Shown here in pieces: positions 1 to 9,262 of a stretch of DNA of 64,000 bases. Source of the DNA: Candidatus Aminicenantales bacterium (lineage in GTDB: Bacteria > Acidobacteriota > Aminicenantia > Aminicenantales > Saccharicenantaceae); NCBI GenBank assembly GCA_049513915.1, contig JBEKVN010000001.1:224322-288321 (forward strand), read 5' to 3'. Numbering within the stretch: the first letter of the stretch is position 1; each line of letters begins with the position of its first letter. The translations under genes were made by a program, and so were the position numbers. The notes beneath the pieces were generated by a model, which saw only the letters and a list, made by a program, of their open reading frames with translations, searched no databases and had not been told where the DNA came from.

Positions 1-1111
1 CGGTTTCCGCAAGGCTGAGTTTCGCTTGAGCGCTTCCGGCCTTCCCGGCCTCCGCATCTTCTTCCCCGCGCCAGACTTCGAGCTCGACCGGCTCCCACCG
101 CCGCGATTTCATCGAGCGGTAGCAGGCGTCGACGACGGCGTTGACGACATAGCCGTCGTAAAACGTCTCCGTGGGGGGGCGGCGTCGCTCCATGGCGTCG
201 AGCATGTCGGTGAACATGTGGACATAGCCGAGTTCGTGGACCTCGTCGCCGACCGGGAAGAGCCAGCCCTTCTGGCTCTCGGCTTTCTCCGCGACGTAAC
301 CGCCTTCGCCCGCCGCGGTGAACATCTCGAAGCCGGTGCGCAGGAAGTGGTCGAGCCAGACCGTCCCCTCGGTGCCGGCGACCTCGTCACGGAGGTCCAT
401 GCCGCCGCGGAAGGTCCAGCTGACCTCGAACTGGCCGATAGCGCCGTTCGCGTACTTGACGAGGCCGATGGCGTGGTCCTCTGCGTCGATCGGGTGGACC
501 TGGGTTGCGCCCCAGCAGAAGGCCTCGACCGGGCGGACCTCCTTGCCGATGAAGCTTCGGCCGATCTCGATGCAATGGCAGCCCATGTCGATGATGGCGC
601 CGCCGCCCGACTGCTCCGGGTCCCAGAACCAGGCGCTGTGCGGGCCGGGATGGGTCTCGCGCGAGCGGGTCCAGAGGATGCGGCCCAGGGCGCCGTTGCG
701 CGCGGATTCGAGCGCCTTGAGGGTTTTGGGCGTGTAGACGAGGTCCTCGAGGTAGCCGGCGAAGACACCGGCCCACTCGACGGCCCGGAGCATTTCCAGC
801 GCCTCCGCGGCGTTCCGGCCGAGGGGCTTGGTGCAGAGGACGGCCTTGCCGGCCTTCGCGGCGAGCTGGACGGCTTCGCGGTGGACGTTGTTCGGCACGC
901 CCACGACGACGACGTCCGAATCGGGGTCGAGGACGGCCTCCTTGAGGTCGGCGCTCCAACGCGGGATGCCGTGCTCCTTGGCGAATTCCCGGGCCCGCTC
1001 CGGGCTCCGCGAATAGGCATGCACGACTTTGTCCCGGGACCGGAGGCCGTGCAGCGTCCGGGTGTAGAACGTTCCGATGAGCCCCGTCCCGAGCATCGTT
1101 ATCTTGGCCAT
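1..1111 (-). CDS. Gfo/Idh/MocA family NAD(P)-dependent oxidoreductase (3' end runs off window)
   Basis: Not in the ORF track. Manual translation from ATG 1111 (RBS GGAGCGGAG) gives [13 protein letters not shown] (Rossmann), [18 protein letters not shown]; frame stays open to position 1. Confidence 0.9.
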   Translation of the reverse strand, partial: MAKITMLGTGLIGTFYTRTLHGLRSRDKVVHAYSRSPERAREFAKEHGIPRWSADLKEAVLDPDSDVVVVGVPNNVHREAVQLAAKAGKAVLCTKPLGRNAAEALEMLRAVEWAGVFAGYLEDLVYTPKTLKALESARNGALGRILWTRSRETHPGPHSAWFWDPEQSGGGAIIDMGCHCIEIGRSFIGKEVRPVEAFCWGATQVHPIDAEDHAIGLVKYANGAIGQFEVSWTFRGGMDLRDEVAGTEGTVWLDHFLRTGFEMFTAAGEGGYVAEKAESQKGWLFPVGDEVHELGYVHMFTDMLDAMERRRPPTETFYDGYVVNAVVDACYRSMKSRRWEPVELEVWRGEEDAEAGKAGSAQAKLSLAET

Positions 1112-1127
1112 CTCCGCTCCTTATTCT

Positions 1128-1244
1128 AAGAGGGGGTCAAATCTACGCAATGCCAGTTTTCCTTATGTCGCCAATCTGACGCTTTGTTCATTTGGCTGCC
1201 GCTCAATCCTAAAAACTGGCATTGCGTAGATTTGACCCCCTCTT
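1128..1244. repeat. Family A inverted repeat (33-bp perfect arms AAGAGGGGGTCAAATCTACGCAATGCCAGTTTT, 51-bp spacer)
   Basis: 1128-1160 is the exact reverse complement of 1212-1244; the same arm recurs at 8104-8136. Confidence 0.95.
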
Positions 1245-2938
1245 TATTTCTTGACAAATTCGATGCCGGCGGCGCGGCCGACGGCGAGCCTGAAGCCGGT
1301 GACCTTACCCCCCTTGCCGCGGAGGAACTCGATGTTGGCCCCGAAATCGAAATCGATGAATTTGTCCGGCGCCATGGCTTTCATCTCGGCCCGCGGGATG
1401 GCCCTCATCTTGAAGATCAGCTTGTCCTTATCGAGCGAGATCCCGTAGCGCACGTCCAGGAGCTCGGGGCTGACGTACGTGCCGGCGTATTCGTTGAGCA
1501 GGGCGGGCGTGAGGGGACGAAGGGGCGCGGCCTTGACGTAGACGTCGACCTCGTCACGAGTGGGGTAAACGGCCCGGATTCTCCCCGGCTGCCCGGTCGC
1601 CTGCGGCGTGAACTCGAGCCTGACCGTCGATGCCGGCGTCCGGAGCTCGAAGGCCGTCGGCGCGACCGGGACCAGGATGAAATTCCGTCTCCCCCGGCCG
1701 GCGATGAGCTTGCCGTCTTTGAGGCTGATTTCAAGCCATTGGCCGAATTTCGGCTCCTGGTAGTTCCCGACGAGGGGCGCCAGGTCCTTCTCGGGGATGG
1801 CGGGGGCGGCCGCTGTCCCGGCTTTCGCCTCTTCTTTTTTCGCGGGCTCCTTGAGCTTCCCGGCGAGATAGATTTCGGCGACTTTGAAGCACAAGCCCGA
1901 CGGGTCCATCGTGCCCAAGTTGGCCAGGCAAATGACCGTGAATTTCTCGTCGGGGAAGCGGACGATCCCCGCCCGGAACCCGGCCCACGAACCGCCGTGT
2001 TCGACGACCTTGAGGCCCTTGTATTCGGTGACGACCAGGCCGAAGGCGTAATCGATCGTCTTGCCGTCGTTGAGCGTGCCCTTCGTGTGGAGCATGTCCA
2101 TGACGTCCTTGCCCAGCTTGAAGGTGTAAAAGGCCTGGTCCCAGAGGTAGAGGTCCTCGACCGAAGTGTAGATGTTGCCGTCGCCGGTTTCGTCCCAGTT
2201 GCTCATGTCGAGCCTGAATCCCTGGCCGGTGGGTTCGTATCCCGTGGCCCGGTTCTTGATGATTTGCGTGTGGTCGTCCTGAAAGATCGTATGCTCCATG
2301 CCGAGGGGCTTGAAGATGCGCTCCTGGGCGAAGGCATTGAGCGACTTGCCGCTGACGCGCTCGACGATCTGGCTCAGCAGGAAGAAGCCGGTGTTCGTGT
2401 AGGAATATTCCTGGCCGGGGGGATAGTTGAGCTTTTTCTGGCGGCAGATGACGTCCAGGGCTTCGTCGACGTTCGGGCAGTCGGAGTCGCCGCGGAAACC
2501 GGCCAGCTCGAGGAGGTCGTTATAGTCGCGGAGACCGCTCGTGTGGTGGAGAAGGTGGCGCACGGTGATCGGCATCCCGTAGTCGGGGAGCTCGGGGATG
2601 TACTTCCGGACGTTGTCGTCGAGCGAGACCTTGCCGTCGCGCACCAGCATGACGACGCACGTCGCCGTGAACTGCTTGGAGACCGAGCCGATGTCGAAGA
2701 TCTTGTCCGGGGTCATGACGATCCCGTCCTCGATCTTGGCCATCCCGTAGCCGCGCTTGTAGATGATCCGGCCGTCGCGCACGACGGCCAGCGCCGCGCC
2801 GGGCGAGGTCGTCTTGTCCCACGAGGTGAAGAGCTTGTCGACTTTGTCCGTCGATTCGTCAGCGGCGGCCACGGCCGCGATGAGAGCGAAGGCGACGGAG
2901 AATGCCAGGATTCCGGGTGCCATGCGCGCGATTTTCAT
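1244..2938 (-). CDS. Secreted serine hydrolase, class C beta-lactamase/AmpC-like family, with C-terminal extension domains
   Basis: Signal peptide; SVSK (SxxK), YTN (YxN) and HGG motifs. Confidence 0.9.
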   Translation of the reverse strand: MKIARMAPGILAFSVAFALIAAVAAADESTDKVDKLFTSWDKTTSPGAALAVVRDGRIIYKRGYGMAKIEDGIVMTPDKIFDIGSVSKQFTATCVVMLVRDGKVSLDDNVRKYIPELPDYGMPITVRHLLHHTSGLRDYNDLLELAGFRGDSDCPNVDEALDVICRQKKLNYPPGQEYSYTNTGFFLLSQIVERVSGKSLNAFAQERIFKPLGMEHTIFQDDHTQIIKNRATGYEPTGQGFRLDMSNWDETGDGNIYTSVEDLYLWDQAFYTFKLGKDVMDMLHTKGTLNDGKTIDYAFGLVVTEYKGLKVVEHGGSWAGFRAGIVRFPDEKFTVICLANLGTMDPSGLCFKVAEIYLAGKLKEPAKKEEAKAGTAAAPAIPEKDLAPLVGNYQEPKFGQWLEISLKDGKLIAGRGRRNFILVPVAPTAFELRTPASTVRLEFTPQATGQPGRIRAVYPTRDEVDVYVKAAPLRPLTPALLNEYAGTYVSPELLDVRYGISLDKDKLIFKMRAIPRAEMKAMAPDKFIDFDFGANIEFLRGKGGKVTGFRLAVGRAAGIEFVKK

Positions 2939-3080
2939 GAGGGCCTCCCTGCGGGTCCGGATGCCGGAAATATTTCTTATTTATATCCGCGCGCGCCGAA
3001 AATCGCAAGGGGGAATCCGCGCTGGCAGGGGGAGTCCGGCACCTATCCTTTTCCTTGACAATGGGGTAAAATGAGGCCTG

Positions 3081-3458
3081 ATGAACGTCCAGACCGCGAA
3101 CGAACGATATATCGGCATCTCGCTGACCGTCGTCCTGTTGCTCTTCGCGGTGTGGCTCGTCTCGCCCTTCATCCATATCGACCGTTCCGCCTACGCCCAG
3201 CGTGAAATCCTGGGCTACCGGCTGGCCCTGGGCCTGCTAATCATGATCATCTTCGTCGGCAAATGGGCCTTCGACTCCCTGGCCCCGCAGGGGCTGGCGC
3301 GCAAAGTCTCGAACGTCAAGGCCATCGCCCTGATCGCCCTGAGCATCTTCATCATGGGCTTCATCGTCTTCATCGTCGCCCAGGCCACCGTCCTTTACCT
3401 CAAAACCGCGGCCCAGGAAGATCAACAGCAGCAACAGCAAATCATCAACGTCCCGTAA
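3081..3458 (+). CDS. Hypothetical membrane protein (about 3 TM, poly-Gln tail)
   Basis: 125-aa ORF with three hydrophobic segments and GC3-rich codons. Confidence 0.75.
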   Translation: MNVQTANERYIGISLTVVLLLFAVWLVSPFIHIDRSAYAQREILGYRLALGLLIMIIFVGKWAFDSLAPQGLARKVSNVKAIALIALSIFIMGFIVFIVAQATVLYLKTAAQEDQQQQQQIINVP

Positions 3459-3465
3459 TCGTGTA

Positions 3466-3587
3466 GGGGGACACAATACTCTGTCCCTGATTTTTCCCCC
3501 GAAGCGGAGCGGAAATCCGGGACACAATACTCAATTCCGAATAGCACGAAAGCAAAAAAACAATTACAGAAATTGGTATTGTGTCCC
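3466..3587. repeat. Family B GGGGACACAATAC repeat cluster (one palindrome plus one inverted pair)
   Basis: GGGGGACACAATACTCTGTCCC at 3466-3487; GGGACACAATACTCAATTCC at 3519-3538 pairs imperfectly with GAAATTGGTATTGTGTCCC at 3569-3587. Confidence 0.85.
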
Positions 3588-3647
3588 CAATTTTTGAAAG
3601 GCGCCTTTTTTTCGGAAATTGTCGTAGAATAGGGGAAAGAGGAGAGC

Positions 3648-4535
3648 ATGATCATGAGCAAACAACTGTTTATTAGGCACGCGTCGCCAGCCCTATTCCT
3701 AATCGCAGCCGTCTGCCTGTTGGCTGCGGCGGGTGACGCGGGCGCGGCCGACCAGACCTCAACCGGACAACCCGCCAAGGTCCCGACGACCCGCGAGATG
3801 ATCCTGCTCTGCTGGCAGGAATTCCAGGAAATCGTGCCGGCGAAGATCGACACCGTCCTCGTGCCCATGGGTTCGCTCGAGCCGCACGGCGTCATCCCCA
3901 ACGGGACGGACAGCTTGGCCCCCGAGGCCATGGCCCGCGATATCGCCGACCGGACGAACGCGCTCATCGCGCCCACCCTGAACTACGGCCTCACAGCGGC
4001 CATGAAGGGCTTCCCGGGCGCGGTGTCCATCGCTGAGGAGGCTTACGCGCCCTTCGCCGAGAGCCTGCTCCAGAACCTGGCCGACCAGCGCTTCAAAAAT
4101 ATCATCATCCTGAACGGGCACGGCGGCAACACGACGGTCCTCAATCAGGTCGCGACGCGCGTCGCCAACCGCGCCCGGGTCCGCGTCCTCGTCCTCAACT
4201 GGTGGGTGATCGCCGACGATATCACCAAGACGGTCTTCAAGGAGAACGGCGGCCACGCGGGCAATAACGAGACCGCGTACATCCAGGCGTTTTTGCCGGG
4301 CTACATCCATCCCGAACGGTACACGAAGGACATGGCCGCGCCGGGGGCCATCCCGGCCGGGGCCTATGCCGCAGTGCCCGTGACGTCGACCATCATCCTC
4401 TACGAGAAAGGCCAGGGCTATCCGACCTTCCGCGCCGACCAGGCCAAGGAATATTTCCGCAAGGTCAACGACCGGGTCGCGGAGATCGTCCTCGACACGA
4501 TCAAGAAGTGGAACGCGTCGGGCGTTTACAAATAG
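3648..4535 (+). CDS. Creatininase/creatinine amidohydrolase family protein with signal peptide
   Basis: PMGSLEPHG, NGHGGN and GHAGNNET metal-binding motifs; RBS AGGAG. Confidence 0.9.
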   Translation: MIMSKQLFIRHASPALFLIAAVCLLAAAGDAGAADQTSTGQPAKVPTTREMILLCWQEFQEIVPAKIDTVLVPMGSLEPHGVIPNGTDSLAPEAMARDIADRTNALIAPTLNYGLTAAMKGFPGAVSIAEEAYAPFAESLLQNLADQRFKNIIILNGHGGNTTVLNQVATRVANRARVRVLVLNWWVIADDITKTVFKENGGHAGNNETAYIQAFLPGYIHPERYTKDMAAPGAIPAGAYAAVPVTSTIILYEKGQGYPTFRADQAKEYFRKVNDRVAEIVLDTIKKWNASGVYK

Positions 4536-4553
4536 GGCGCCTCGGCATCATTG

Positions 4554-4580
4554 AATTTCGGTATTTAGTTGTGTGTCACC
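4554..4580. repeat. Family C arm (ATTTCGGTATTTAGTTGTGTGTCACC)
   Basis: 26-mer identical to 6578-6603 and near-identical to the arms at 13951-14032. Confidence 0.9.
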
Positions 4581-4799
4581 AAATTACCGGTGTCCCCATA
4601 TTGCCGCATCCCTGAATCACCGCAAAATCACCCCTCAAATCACCTCGTCCAGCGTTTGACGCGACGGAAGGCCCCGTGTTAGAAAAATAGCCTGGGTTCG
4701 GGACCAAAGGGAATGGAACAGCTAATCGTCAATCTTGATATCCGCAAGGCCGCCCGCGGCTACTTCCATCCGCCGGAGAGGGCGGCGGACTGAAGCTCC

Positions 4800-5287
4800 A
4801 TGTATTTACGTCAGTACGATCCCGTGGTTATTCTCGGCGGCTCGTTCGCGACACCGCGGGATTATTGGGAGATGCGGCCGGCCCTGGAGAAACTCACCCG
4901 CCAGCCCGTTTCCATCGTCCCTGTGACGCGGCTGGATTGGGCGCTGGGCCTGACCGGATTCGGCTGGGCCCGGATCCTGAAGAAGCTCGACCGGACGGTG
5001 AGGCGGACGCTCGCTGAAACCGGAGCGGCCAAGGTCGTGCTCGTCGGCCACAGCTCGGGCGGAGTGATCGGCCGGCTTTACCTTAGCCCGCGGCCCTTCC
5101 GCGGCCGCGTTTACGCCGGGCGGGACGTCGTCTGCCGTCTGATCACGCTCGGCAGCCCCCATCTGAACCGCCGCGGCTCGGCCGGCGCTGGTACGGGAAC
5201 ACCCGCACCGTCTGGCGATGGTGGGATGCGGCCCGGCCGTGCCTGGCGGACGAGGAAAGGGCGGACGGACAGCTTGACCTTTATTGA
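4800..5287 (+). pseudogene. Alpha/beta hydrolase (lipase/esterase-like) with apparent internal deletion and frameshift
   Basis: GHSSGG nucleophile elbow and LITLGSPH in frame 1. The family-like C-terminus PRLGRRWYGNTRTVWRWW...stop 5287 lies in another frame directly after about 5175; the expected middle segment is missing. Confidence 0.6.
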
Positions 5288-5304
5288 CGCATGGCGCCTA
5301 TCTT

Positions 5305-5910
5305 TTATTTCATCTTTTCGCGCATTTTGGCTTCGGCGTCCGGGCCCCAGTAGCCGCAGTCGAGCTCGAGGAAAACCGTGGTGTAGGGGAGAGTCAGGTT
5401 CGTCTTGATCATCAGGATGCGGAACGTCCGGGCCACCTGGTCCATACGGGCGATGAGCTCTTCGTGGAGGACGGGCTTGGCCTCGTAGGCGGCTAACATC
5501 CCCTTGAGGCGTTTCCGGCAAGCGTCCATGCCCGGGGCGAGCTCCTCGGGGACGAAGTCCAGTTCCTTGTCGAGGTAAATTTTCGGCCGGACATGCTTGC
5601 TTTGGCCCAGGGCCTTCAGGACCTTGTCCAGGACGGCGAAGTGGTCCTCTCCGGAGACGACGACCTCCATTCCGGGGCTGATCTGGAGCGGGAAAGCGGC
5701 GTCGGCGACGACGACCCAGTTGCGATGGCCGAGGGCGGGCAGGGCGGCGCAGAATTTCGCCTCCCAGCTTTCGGCGAGGGAATTGGCTTGGGGCGCGGTT
5801 CGGGACATGGCCTCGTTCTCCTTTTCCTCCTTGTCTTCTTTGTCTTCCTTGCAGCTCACGGCCAGAACTCCCAGAATGACCAGGCAAACGGGGAGAATGA
5901 TTTTTCGCAT
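5305..5910 (-). CDS. RbsD/FucU-like (sugar mutarotase/pyranase fold) lipoprotein
   Basis: GHRNWVVVADAAFP matches the RbsD/FucU N-terminal motif; lipobox-like LAVSC; ATG 5910 is well spaced from GGAGG. Confidence 0.7.
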   Translation of the reverse strand: MRKIILPVCLVILGVLAVSCKEDKEDKEEKENEAMSRTAPQANSLAESWEAKFCAALPALGHRNWVVVADAAFPLQISPGMEVVVSGEDHFAVLDKVLKALGQSKHVRPKIYLDKELDFVPEELAPGMDACRKRLKGMLAAYEAKPVLHEELIARMDQVARTFRILMIKTNLTLPYTTVFLELDCGYWGPDAEAKMREKMK

Positions 5911-5930
5911 GCGCATGACCTCCATCGGGT

Positions 5931-6452
5931 TTAGAATTCGTCGCCGCGGATAAGTTTTTTCGGCAGGCTGAACATCCGCGGGAGGTAGAGGACTATCAAC
6001 AGAACGAGGACGGCCAGGCCGGCGAACATGTTTCTGGTCGGCAGGGCCGCCGTTCTTCCGTCGACGACACGCAAGATCCCCTGGATGATCAGGTAGAAAA
6101 TGAGGTTGACGGAGACGGCCAACCCGGCCATGAACTCCTGAAGAAAATCCCAGAAGGGGGCCTGCTTTTCGGGCCGGAGCTTCAGGAACTCATCCTTGCG
6201 CGGGATGTTCAGGTACTGGGGGTTCCGGGCGAGCCGGGGCACGGCGAGGGTGAAGGCGTAGAAAAGGATGGTCAGGCCCCAAGAAACGGCGACGAGGACG
6301 AGGAACTCGGACTTCGAACCCCAGCGGTCAGGTGTTCCCGAGATGCCGAAGTGGACGGGGACGCGGCCGGGGAGCGCGGCATAGCGGGAAAGGACGGTGT
6401 AGGTCGTGAGGGCGAGGAGGATGGCGTTCAAGACGTCGTAGATTTTTCTCAT
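5931..6452 (-). CDS. DUF1648 domain membrane protein
   Basis: LPGRVPVHFGISGTPDRWGSK signature plus 4 TM segments. Confidence 0.85.
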   Translation of the reverse strand: MRKIYDVLNAILLALTTYTVLSRYAALPGRVPVHFGISGTPDRWGSKSEFLVLVAVSWGLTILFYAFTLAVPRLARNPQYLNIPRKDEFLKLRPEKQAPFWDFLQEFMAGLAVSVNLIFYLIIQGILRVVDGRTAALPTRNMFAGLAVLVLLIVLYLPRMFSLPKKLIRGDEF

Positions 6453-6499
6453 GGGCCGCCCCTAATTTATCCTACGCGCGGCGGGGTATTCAAGATTTT

Positions 6500-6556
6500 A
6501 AATGGGGACGGTCCAGGTTTCTCTGCGTTTTACGGAAACCAGGACCGTCCCCATTT
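6500..6556. repeat. Family D inverted repeat (22-bp arms AAATGGGGACGGTCC(A/T)GGTTTC, 13-bp spacer)
   Basis: 6500-6521 versus 6535-6556, one mismatch. Confidence 0.9.
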
Positions 6557-6577
6557 TCTATTTCCGCCGCCGGGCCT

Positions 6578-6603
6578 ATTTCGGTATTTAGTTGTGTGTC
6601 ACC
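6578..6603. repeat. Family C arm
   Basis: Identical to 4555-4580. Confidence 0.9.
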
Positions 6604-6607
6604 GAAT

Positions 6608-7555
6608 TCAGCGCGCTAATTTTTTTCGCCCGATGACGATCAGGTTTTTGATGAGGTCGATCGTGACCATGAGGGCGATGAAGAGCAGGGCGAATTTCAG
6701 GCCGAACTTGATCTTCGGCAGGAACCGCTCGGGCACGGACACGACGAAGGGATGGTCGAACGGCTGGCGGAGCAGGAGGCCGATCAAGGCGAGGGATACG
6801 ACGCTCGAACCGACATCCACCCAGCGCGACTTCGTGAAAAGCTTGACCAGCAACGCGACCGTTCCGGCGGCGAGCATGGCGATGACGACGACGGAATACC
6901 GCACGCCCGCGTCGGGAGTGAAGAGCGGCCGCGGGTTCGCGAAGTCCAGGTTGGCGAAAAAGATCGTGTGGTGCTTGACGTAGAGATAGAGGGCGAAATC
7001 GGTGACGGCGAGCATGGGGATCAGGCCCAGGATATTCCAGAAGGTCTTTTTCGGCGCCTTGACCTCGTCGAGGTCGACGCTGAACTTGGGCCAGGGGAGC
7101 TTGACGTCTTTTTTGCTCTGGGTGATGAAGATGAGAACGAGCGCGACGATGCCCAGGTCGGTCAGGAAGGCCGTCGGCAGGTACATGAGGGCTTCGATGA
7201 CGCCGAGGCGCGGCATGAAGAGGAAGGGGAAAAAAATGAAATCCTCCTTGAAGAGGACTCCGAACACGGTCAGGAGAGTGTGGGCGGCGAACAGGAGCGC
7301 CGTGTAGCGGAAAAGATAGCGGCGGTAGGCCGGGGCGATGATCTCGCGGCCTTCGAGGTATTTTTCGGCCACGCGGCGGGCCGGGCCGTAGGCCGCGATG
7401 ACCTTTTCGAGGGACGACGCGGTAAGCGGACCGGATTCGCGCTCGGCCTTTTCCAGGATGTGGCTGCGGATCTCGGACAGGATTTCCTCCCGTTCCTCGC
7501 GGCCGGACAAGAAGTGGCTGATCTCCTCGAGGTAAGCTTCGAGTTTCTCAAACAT
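6608..7555 (-). CDS. HAAS-domain membrane protein (PadR-associated)
   Basis: N-terminal LEAYLEEISHFL...EILSEIRSHI...YGPARRVAEKY helical domain followed by multiple TM segments; overlaps the padR stop. Confidence 0.8.
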   Translation of the reverse strand: MFEKLEAYLEEISHFLSGREEREEILSEIRSHILEKAERESGPLTASSLEKVIAAYGPARRVAEKYLEGREIIAPAYRRYLFRYTALLFAAHTLLTVFGVLFKEDFIFFPFLFMPRLGVIEALMYLPTAFLTDLGIVALVLIFITQSKKDVKLPWPKFSVDLDEVKAPKKTFWNILGLIPMLAVTDFALYLYVKHHTIFFANLDFANPRPLFTPDAGVRYSVVVIAMLAAGTVALLVKLFTKSRWVDVGSSVVSLALIGLLLRQPFDHPFVVSVPERFLPKIKFGLKFALLFIALMVTIDLIKNLIVIGRKKLAR

Positions 7556-7886
7556 GGGTCTGCTCCTCCATGAGATGTTTCAGGATTTCGTCTTGTTTCT
7601 TCCAGATGGCGAGAAGCTGGGTCCTAAGGGCCCGTCCGGCGTCGGTGATGCCATAGAACTTGCGGGGCCGGTCCTCGGTGACGTCCCACCTGCTCCGGAC
7701 CCAGCCGTTCTTTTCGAGGCGGCGGAGCAGGGGGTAGAGGGTGTTTTCCTCGACAACGTAGCCCAGGTCGCTGATCGTGCGGACCATTGAGTAACCGTAC
7801 ATTTCCTTCTCGAGCAGGGCCAGGACCAGGATCTGGAGGAAACCACGGTTCATCTCGGTTTCGAAATTGCCGATTTCAGGTTCCAT
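7548..7886 (-). CDS. padR: PadR family transcriptional regulator
   Basis: MYGYSM, ENTLYPLLRRLEKNG and RKFYGITDAGR motifs; RBS AGGAG. Confidence 0.92.
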   Translation of the reverse strand: MEPEIGNFETEMNRGFLQILVLALLEKEMYGYSMVRTISDLGYVVEENTLYPLLRRLEKNGWVRSRWDVTEDRPRKFYGITDAGRALRTQLLAIWKKQDEILKHLMEEQTHV

Positions 7887-7950
7887 GGCTCGGGCTCCTT
7901 GGCGTCGGGATTGAGACGCGGTTTGCGCGGCGGTCTGAAATTTGGCGGCT

Positions 7951-8012
7951 CATACTGTATGTCTCACTTATCCTATGTTACATAGTATAGCGTATCATAT
8001 ACAGTATGTCAA
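7951..8012 (-). promoter_or_regulatory. Sigma70-type promoter TTGACA-N17-TATACT with two ATAC(A/T)GTAT palindromes (putative PadR operators)
   Basis: -35 at 8012-8007, -10 at 7989-7984; palindromes at 7952-7960 and 7999-8007. Confidence 0.7.
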
Positions 8013-8101
8013 GCTGTTTTTCAAAGTATTCTTGTTATTTTATTATTTATAGCGGCTTACGAAGAATAATTCATGTCTTCAGGATGAAAATGTTGAAGAA
8101 G

Positions 8102-8249
8102 TAAAGAGGGGGTCAAATCTACGCAATGCCAGTTTTTGCAGGCTGAACCCTCCAGATTCACGTAACTATAATAATTAATTATGGATCCGCTGACTTTGAG
8201 CGTTCGAAATCTATGAAAAATGGCAGAATGAAGATTTGACCCCTTCTTA
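8102..8249. repeat. Family A inverted repeat, second copy (one canonical arm, one variant arm)
   Basis: 8102-8137 is the exact reverse complement of 1211-1246; variant arm AAAAATGGCAGAATGAAGATTTGACCCCTTCTTA at 8216-8249. Confidence 0.9.
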
Positions 8250-8306
8250 GCGCACCTTGCGTCAGACTTGCGCGTGTGGTATTCCTTTTCCCAGGAATCA
8301 AGCAAC

Positions 8307-9155
8307 ATGTGCGACTTTTGCCACCAGCACGGGGAAGGAAAAAAGTGGTACCTGGACGCGCGGAATTACTCCGAAGACATGCTCAGCGACCTCCGGCGGC
8401 GCCGCTTTCTCGAGCGATTTTTCGCCTCCCCGGACCACCTCGCTGAAGGGGAACGGGCGCTCGCCAAACTCGACAAAATCCCCTCGTTTTTCACGCGCGG
8501 CATCCGCAAGAAGATCACCGCACAACAAAAGGTCATGCACTTCGGCCAGGTCGTACCCATCGAAGATATCGAAAAAATCCTGGGCTTCACGAGCTCCGTC
8601 GTCCGTCTTGCCTGCATCTGCCGCCACGTCGCGTTCGGTCCGGAACACCGCTACTGCTACGGGATCAGCCTGGCGCCGCAGGGCGGTGAGCTGATCAAGA
8701 TCCTCCGCGATATCGATCCGTCCTACCTGATCGGGCCCCAGACGGGCGGCCTCGAGTTCCTGCCCAGGGAGGACGCCCTGGCCCTGATGCGGGAGAACGA
8801 GGAGGAAGGGCTCTGCCACACGGTCTGGTCGTTCGTCACGCGCTTCATTGGCGGTATCTGCAACTGTTCGCTCCCGGGCTGCCTGGCCATGAGGGCGAGC
8901 GTGACCCACAAAACGCCCGTCATGTTCCGCTCCGAGTACCTGGCGCGCGTGGATGACGGAAAGTGCAGCGGCTGCGGCGAATGCGTCAAGCTCTGCCCGT
9001 TCGAGGCTTTCCATCCCCACAAGCGCAAGACAAAGGCGGTGGTCGATTGGAAAAAGTGCTATGGCTGCGGGATCTGCCGGAACGCCTGCGCCAGGGGAGC
9101 GATCAGCCTCGTCGCCCGCGCGTCGGTGCCCGAAACCGCCGCGCTCTGGCTGTAG
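8307..9155 (+). CDS. 4Fe-4S dicluster (ferredoxin-like) protein
   Basis: Two C-terminal CxxCxxCxxxCP/CA motifs, extra N-terminal MCDFC and CICR/CNC cysteines; likely start ATG 8307. Confidence 0.85.
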   Translation: MCDFCHQHGEGKKWYLDARNYSEDMLSDLRRRRFLERFFASPDHLAEGERALAKLDKIPSFFTRGIRKKITAQQKVMHFGQVVPIEDIEKILGFTSSVVRLACICRHVAFGPEHRYCYGISLAPQGGELIKILRDIDPSYLIGPQTGGLEFLPREDALALMRENEEEGLCHTVWSFVTRFIGGICNCSLPGCLAMRASVTHKTPVMFRSEYLARVDDGKCSGCGECVKLCPFEAFHPHKRKTKAVVDWKKCYGCGICRNACARGAISLVARASVPETAALWL

Positions 9156-9167
9156 AATAAGGACAGG

Positions 9168-9191
9168 GGGGGACACAGTATTGTGTCCCCC
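9168..9191. repeat. Family B palindrome GGGGGACACA-GTAT-TGTGTCCCCC
   Basis: Perfect 10-bp stem just downstream of the ferredoxin stop. Confidence 0.85.
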
Positions 9192-9262
9192 TATTCTATG
9201 ATTTCGGGCGTTTTGGAATTTTTCCCCCTGTCCGGCGTCTAATACACCCTGGCGGAAATTCC

